This document shows, piece after piece, positions 58,270 through 64,000 of a stretch of 64,000 bases of DNA. The position numbers and the translations under genes are program-made. Within the stretch, counting starts at the first letter, position 1. The number at the start of each line of letters is the position of its first letter. A model generated the notes under the pieces. That model was not told the origin of the DNA. It searched no databases and was given only the letters and a program-made list of their open reading frames with translations. This DNA is from Octopus sinensis. Lineage: Eukaryota. The stretch spans positions 51,398,001 to 51,462,000 of the forward strand of contig NC_043015.1 in assembly GCF_006345805.1 (NCBI RefSeq), in the 5' to 3' direction.

Positions 58270-58420
58270 TATGTGGTTATGTGGTAATAAGCTTGCTTCT
58301 AAAACACAGGATTCTGGGTTCAGTCCCACTGCGTGGCACCTTAGGCAAGTAGTCTTCTACTTTAGCCCGGGCTGACCAAAGCCTTGTGAGTGGATTTGGT
58401 AGACGGAAACTGAAAGGAAC
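58270..58420 (+). mobile_element. SINE family A head fragment
   Basis: GGGTTCAGTCCCACTGCGTGGCACCTT...GACGGAAACTGAAAG. Confidence 0.75.
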
Positions 58421-59699
58421 ATGTTGTATATATGTATAACTGTGAAAACTGTGTTGGATGTGTGGAATGTATGTATATATTAGCATTTATACAGATGATC
58501 AAATATATGCAGATCAATGCAGATAATCTCACATTGTATGTTGATGATCATTCTTCATCACGAACAAAAAGAAGAAAACAAAAATCCCAGAAAATACCTT
58601 TTTTTTCTTTTTTTTTATTACATTTTCCTAAGTCTGAAGAATTTCAAGCTCAGGCTGATAAGAGTTTTGAAAACAGAACCCAGAGGGCAAGGATTAGCTC
58701 ATATGTGCTAGTTTTGGCACAGATGAAAGCGGTAAAGTAAAAAGGTCTTCTTGGAATAAGTCTAAAACGAAGACGTCTGCTGTAGAATTCTGAAGAATTT
58801 AGCTTTAATGTTTTTTTTTGGTTTTATTTTTTCATGATGTGAGAAGTAAGAAATATTGTAACAGCAATGGAAAAGCTAACTTTTATTTGCGTTTTTACTA
58901 CTTTTCAAGGTTTTTTTTTTTCCTTTTCCTACTTTTTTTTCCCCCCTTTTTTTACTTCAGAAAAGTCGTTTTATTTAATTCTTCTCTTTTATTGATCACT
59001 GGTGTTATTGTATTTCTGTTGATTTCAAATTAATAATTTACACCTTCAAATAATTTCTTCTTCTTTGATTGTATCAGCTTCAACCCCACCCCCCACCTCT
59101 CCACTTTCTTATTATTGAAATAACTTGTTATGAAGATATTATTTAATGAAAAGAAGCTATTCTATTGAAGAGTGTTATTCTTCTTTTCGTTTTAACCATA
59201 TATTTATTCTCCTAGTGTCTTCAGAACAATTTATTATTATCATCATCATTATTATTATCATCATCATCATCATTGTAATAAATAATAATAGTCTCATTTT
59301 TATATAAATTTGAAAATATTCTTTGTCAAATATGTGTTATATTCCACATATACAATCGGCTTGATTTATTTCAGAAATGTTATTATTATTATTATTATCA
59401 TTCCTCTGTTTCATTCTGTTTTTAATGCGTCAGATGTGCGGTTGTAGTTATAGAAAGCCGAAGGGCATTTAACACTTCACATAATTGAAATATGTTTTAA
59501 AGAATAGTTCTATCACTGTTGTCCTCAAAAGGTGTAGCTTTGAAGAGTCTTTTACAAGTGCCAGACATTGTGGAATGCAGACGGGTTAATGAGTACATGT
59601 TGAATTTCATGCAAGGGGCTGAAACAGGTTTAGAAAATTCTTTGAAATATTTATTTTAGAAAAGTTTAGAAAAGAAACATGAGAGAGAGAAAGAAATTG

Positions 59700-60704
59700 A
59701 GAGGGAAGGAAGTGCAGATGTGGCTGTGTGACTAAGAAGCTTGATTTCCAAGCATGTGGTCTTGGGTTCAGTACCACTGTACAGCACTTTGGGTCAATGT
59801 TGTTTTCTATAGCCCCAGGCAAATCAAAGCCTTGTAAGTGGATTTGGTAGACGTAGACTGAAAGAAACCTGTCTGATATGTGAGTTTTCTTCCTTCATAT
59901 CTATTCACAAGATTTTGGTCAGCCTAAGACTATGGTAGAAGACACTGACCCAATGTGCAATGCAGTGGAACTGAACCTGGAACCTTTGTGGTTGGGAAGC
60001 AAACGTCTTAACCACACAGCCACACCTGTGCCTATACACTGAACAGAGGGAAGGAAGTGCAGATGTGGCTGTGTGACTAAGAAGCTTGATTTCCAAGCAT
60101 GTGGTCTTAGGTTCAGTACCACTGTACAGCACTTTGGGTCAATGTTGTTTTCTACAGCCCCAGGCAAAGCAAAGCCTTGTAAGTGGATTTGGTAGACGGA
60201 GACTGAAAGAAACCTGTCTAATATGTGAGTTTTCTTCCTTCATATCTACTCACAAGATTTTGGTCAGCCTAAGACTATAGTAGAAGACACTGACCCAATG
60301 TGCAATGTAGTGGAACTGAACCTGGAACCTTTGTGGTTGGGAAGCAAACGTCTTAACCACAGAGGGAAGGAAGTGCAGATGTGGCTGCCTGACTAAGAAG
60401 CTTGATTTCCAAGCATGTGGTCTTAGGTTCAGTACCACTGTACAGCACTTTGGGTCAATGTTGTTTTCTACAGCCCCAGGCAAAGCAAAGCCTTGTAAGT
60501 GTATTTGGTAGACGGAGACTGAAAGAAACCTGTCTAATATGTGAGTTTTCTTCCTTCATATCGACTCACAAGATTTCAGCCAGCCTAAGACTATAGTAGA
60601 AGACACTGACCCAATGTGCAATGCAGTGGAACTGAACCTGGAACCTTGTGGTTGAGAAGCAAACGTCTTAACAACACAGCGACACCTGTGCCTATACACT
60701 GAAC
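59700..60704. repeat. Tandem triplication (345, 316, 344 bp) of a unit made of two inverted SINE-A heads
   Basis: Units start AGAGGGAAGGAAGTGCAG at 59700, 60045 and 60361; each has a plus head, then a minus head. Confidence 0.9.
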
Positions 60705-61014
60705 AGAAATCAATATTTTAAACAGCACATTGTCGTCTAGTCCAATATGTCATGTCTGTGTCACAAAAGATTACAGATGGCTTAACACAATATGTTTTAT
60801 ATGGTTAGAGCAGTGTGTCTAGATTCCATTACTCAAACATGGTGCATTCATAAATCAAAGACTGAGACACATAAAAATCCATATATTTATTTTAATATGT
60901 GTCTCGGCGACTGAACTGTGAACGTGCCATGTTTGTATAACAAAATCTATACATCAAATGTGTGTGTGTGTGTGTGCTTTTACATATCTCTGTATATTTG
61001 TGTATGTGTGTGTA

Positions 61015-61355
61015 TTCTCTTACTTGCTTCAGTTGACTGTGGCCATGCTGGAGCACCGCGTTTAGTTGAACAAATCAACCCCAGGACTTATTCTTTGTAA
61101 GCTTTGTACTTATTCTATCGGTAACTTTTGCCGAACTGCTAGGTTATGGGGGACAAACACAGACACACAGATACACACACACACACACTGACAATGGGCT
61201 TCTTTCAGTTTCCTTCTACCAAATCCACTCACAAGGCTTTGGTTGGCCCAAGGCTATAGTAGAAGACACTCGCCTTAGGTGCCATGCAGTGTGACTGAAC
61301 CCAGGACAATGTGGTCGGGGAGCAAGCTTTTTAACACACAGCCATGCCTATGCCT
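61015..61355 (-). mobile_element. SINE family A
   Basis: Reverse tail TTACTTGCTTCAGTTGACTG to head ACACACAGCCATGCC. Confidence 0.85.
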
Positions 61356-61844
61356 ATACACACACACACGTATGTGTATGTAAAACGCTTGTGGTTTGTC
61401 AGCTCATGATTGTAAGGTTGTGAGTTCAATTTCCGACAACACATTGTGTTCTTGAGCAAGACACTTTATTTTGTCACATTGCTCCAGTCTGCTCAGCTGG
61501 CAAAAATTAGCAGTACCTGTAATTCAAAGGGGCCAGCCTTGTCATATTCTATGTCACATTCAATCTCCCCCAAGAACTACGTTAAGGGTATGCATGTCTG
61601 TGGAGTACTCAGCCACTTGCACGTTAATTTCATGAGCAGACCGTTCTCTTGATCCAGTCAACCCAAACTCTTGTCATGTCCAACAGAGTGCCAGTATGTG
61701 TATGGTAGGGGTGACGGGGAGGTTGATCTTCTGCTTAAACTAAGAAGTTTTCCTTTTTCTTGTATCATTTTCTTTATAAATGGTTGTTGTATGCAACCCC
61801 AAATTCCTTCGTTTTGGTGGAGCACACAAGAACCAGATAGGCAT

Positions 61845-61990
61845 GGCTGTATTGTTAAGGAATTTGCTTTCGAACCTCATTGGTCCCTGGTTCAGTCTTA
61901 TAGCATGGTGCCTTGGGCAAGTACCTCAAGTCCTGGTTGGACCAAAGCCTTGGGATAGGGTTTGGTAGGAAGAAACTGTAAGAAGCCCAT
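61845..61990 (+). mobile_element. SINE family A head, diverged
   Basis: GGCATGGCTGT...GGTTCAGTC...CCTTGGGCAAGT...AAGAAGCCC. Confidence 0.6.
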
Positions 61991-62084
61991 TGTGTGTGAG
62001 TATGTCAATACAAGTGTGTGTAAATATAAGAGTGCGTGTCTGTGTGTATAAAAAGAAGAGTGTGTGTGTGTTGATGGGTCTTCT

Positions 62085-62340
62085 TCTCAAGCATGACATA
62101 ATGCCAAAGGTCTCGGTTATTGCCGCTGCGAAGCCCAACACTCAAAAGGATGTGAGCAACTTTGCCTCCGTCAGGCCCAATGTTCAAAATGAACTCAGCC
62201 ATTTTGCCTCTGTCAGGCCCAACACTCAAAACGAACTTAGCCACTTTGCTTCCTTGAGGCCCAATGCTCAAAAAGAACTCAGCCACTTTGCTGCCATGAG
62301 GGCCAACACTTGAAAGGAACTTAACCACTTTGCCTCCATG
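62085..62340 (-). repeat. Five 42-bp tandem units (62131-62340) expanded from an RTE ORF2 C-terminal fragment
   Basis: Exact 42-bp period; the adjacent minus-strand sequence reads RDLWHYVMLEKKTHQ, as at 4870-4972. Confidence 0.8.
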
Positions 62341-62379
62341 AATAATAGTAACAATAATGATAATGATTGTAATTCTTTC

Positions 62380-62578
62380 TACTAAAGACACAAGGCTTGA
62401 AATTTGGGGAAGGGGGACTAGTCGGCAACATCAACCCTAGTGTTTCACTGGTACTTAATTTATTGACCCTGAAAGGATGAAAGGCAAAGTGAACCTCGGC
62501 AGAATTTGAACTCAGAATGTAAGAAATGCTGCTAGGCATTTTGCCCAGCGTGCTAGTGATTCTGCCAGCACGCTGCCT
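62380..62578 (-). mobile_element. SINE family B (B1)
   Basis: TACTTAATTTATTGACCCTGAAAGGATGAAAGGCAAAG...GAATTTGAACTCAG. Confidence 0.85.
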
Positions 62579-62579
62579 T

Positions 62580-62840
62580 AACAATACTAATAACGATAAT
62601 AATTATAATAATAATAGTAATAATGATAATCATAATAATAATTATAATAATAATAGTAATAATGATAATCATAATAATAATTATAATAATAATAGTAATA
62701 ATGATAATCATAATAATGATGATAATCATAATAATGATGATGATAATGATGATGATAATGATGATGATAATGATGATGATAATGATGATGATGATGATGA
62801 TGATAATAATAATGACAATAGCAATAATAATAATGATGAT
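62580..62840. repeat. (AAT)/(GAT) trinucleotide array with a 39-bp higher-order unit repeated three times
   Basis: Translates as NNNYNNNSNNDNH three times, then grades into GAT repeats. Confidence 0.9.
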
Positions 62841-63384
62841 TGTAGGAGATACTGTTTATTTAATCAGAAGTAGTGACATAAGTGTATCATTTTTATTTTG
62901 GAGAGTAGTGAACTGTAAATAAAAGATAGACTGGCGCTCTAACAATACAAGAACCAGATTGGCGCTTGAACAATGGTAGAAACATAACAGGATCAAAGAT
63001 GAACCAGCTCTCTAATGAGATAAAAGAGGAGCTGGCTCTTTAACGATCCTGCAGCCGTTATTGTTGAATCTTTTAGAAATTTAATATAATTACATTGTAC
63101 TTTATTGTTTAGCCGTTTCAGAATTTAATTAGCTATCCACAGATATGTGCGTGTGTGTGTGTATTAATTTGTGCACATACATGCATGCACATACACGAGA
63201 GCACGTAGAGTTGTGCTTGTGCGTTTGCGTGTCTTCGTATATGTGTGAGGATCATAAATGTCATTAGTGGTTTTATATTCGCTTTCTCTCTGCTAGCAGC
63301 AGACAAGGTTTCTTGACATAATTTTCTATGTTTATACACACACACACATCATATATGTGTGTGTATGTGTGTATGTGTATATTC

Positions 63385-63524
63385 TCTTATTTGTTTCAGT
63401 CATTTGACTGTGGCCATGCTGGAGCACCGCCTGTAGTCGAACTAATTGACCCCAGTACTTTGTAAGCTTAGTATTTATTCTATCGGTCTCTTTTGCCGAA
63501 TGGCTAAGTTACAAGGACATAAAC
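63385..63524 (-). mobile_element. SINE family A tail fragment (a plus-strand head fragment lies at about 63800-63970)
   Basis: GTTTCAGTCATTTGACTGTGGCCATGCTGGAGCACCGCC... Confidence 0.8.
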
Positions 63525-63746
63525 ACAGGAACAGCATCCAGCTGGAGGAAATCCCTGCTTGACAGGAACAGCATCCAGCTGGAGGAAGTCCCTGCCTCAC
63601 AGGAACAGCATCCAGCTGGGGGAAATGCCTGCATTACAGGAACAGCATCCAGCTGGAGGAAATCCCTGCCTCACAGGAACAGCATCCAGCTGGAGGAAAT
63701 CCCTGCCTCACAAGAACAGCATCCAGCTGGAGGAAATCCCTGCCTT
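63525..63746. repeat. Six 37-bp tandem units (ACAGGAACAGCATCCAGCTGGAGGAAATCCCTGCCTC)
   Basis: Exact 37-bp period with no spacers; contains the GCATCCAGCTG motif of the RTE 3' UTR. Confidence 0.95.
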
Positions 63747-64000
63747 TACAATTTCTGTTCCTCCCATGTGAGGCATGGAATAGTGGATATTGATGTTATG
63801 TATAGCTGCAGGCTTGGCTCTGTGATTATGAACGTTGCTTTCCAATACATGTTTCTGGGTTCTGTCCCACTGCATGGGACCTTAGACAAAGGGTCAGCCA
63901 CTACAGCTCATGCGGACCAAAGCCTTGTGAGTTGATTTGGTTGACGGAAGCTGAAAGAAACCCATCATATATGTGTGCATGTGGGTTTGTATTTCCATTT

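Noticed and set aside
58633-58731. 99-nt exon-like segment SEEFQAQADKSFENRTQRARISSYVLVLAQMKA
   Set aside because: Plausible AG/GT but unrecognised peptide and no partner exons; cannot be supported without RNA data.
63525-63746. 37-bp direct repeats as a CRISPR array (likewise 62131-62340)
   Set aside because: Units are contiguous with no unique spacers, no cas genes are present, and the context is animal DNA.

Overview
AT-rich, microsatellite-dense animal genomic DNA. The repeat families resemble those I recall from octopus genomes, so the species is an inference, not a database result. Only one host coding exon is convincing: a 124-nt internal exon of IFT80 (2840-2963, +). The rest looks intronic or intergenic. 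It is packed with: (i) three tRNA-type SINE families, here called A, B and C; (ii) many 3' ends and one RT fragment of an RTE-clade LINE; (iii) a decayed gag-like ORF1 with a CCHC knuckle and a poly(A) tail but no ORF2; (iv) several internally deleted Tc1/mariner elements and MITEs with TA target sites; (v) piggyBac-like TTAA MITEs, including a dimer that appears to move as a unit; (vi) a Helentron-like non-autonomous element; (vii) long hairpins, minisatellites and a 1.5-kb (TA)-rich array. The most striking item is a young, non-coding 360-bp monomer present in about 1.5 tandem copies (12698-13248, minus strand). It carries a minimal type-I hammerhead ribozyme whose core shows the compensatory U3-A8 variant, a retrozyme/Penelope-like signature. 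Several decayed relatives with hammerhead remnants sit in (TA)n tracts elsewhere. Nearly all ORFs in the supplied track are microsatellite or repeat artefacts. SINE/LINE fragment boundaries are approximate (about +/-15 bp).
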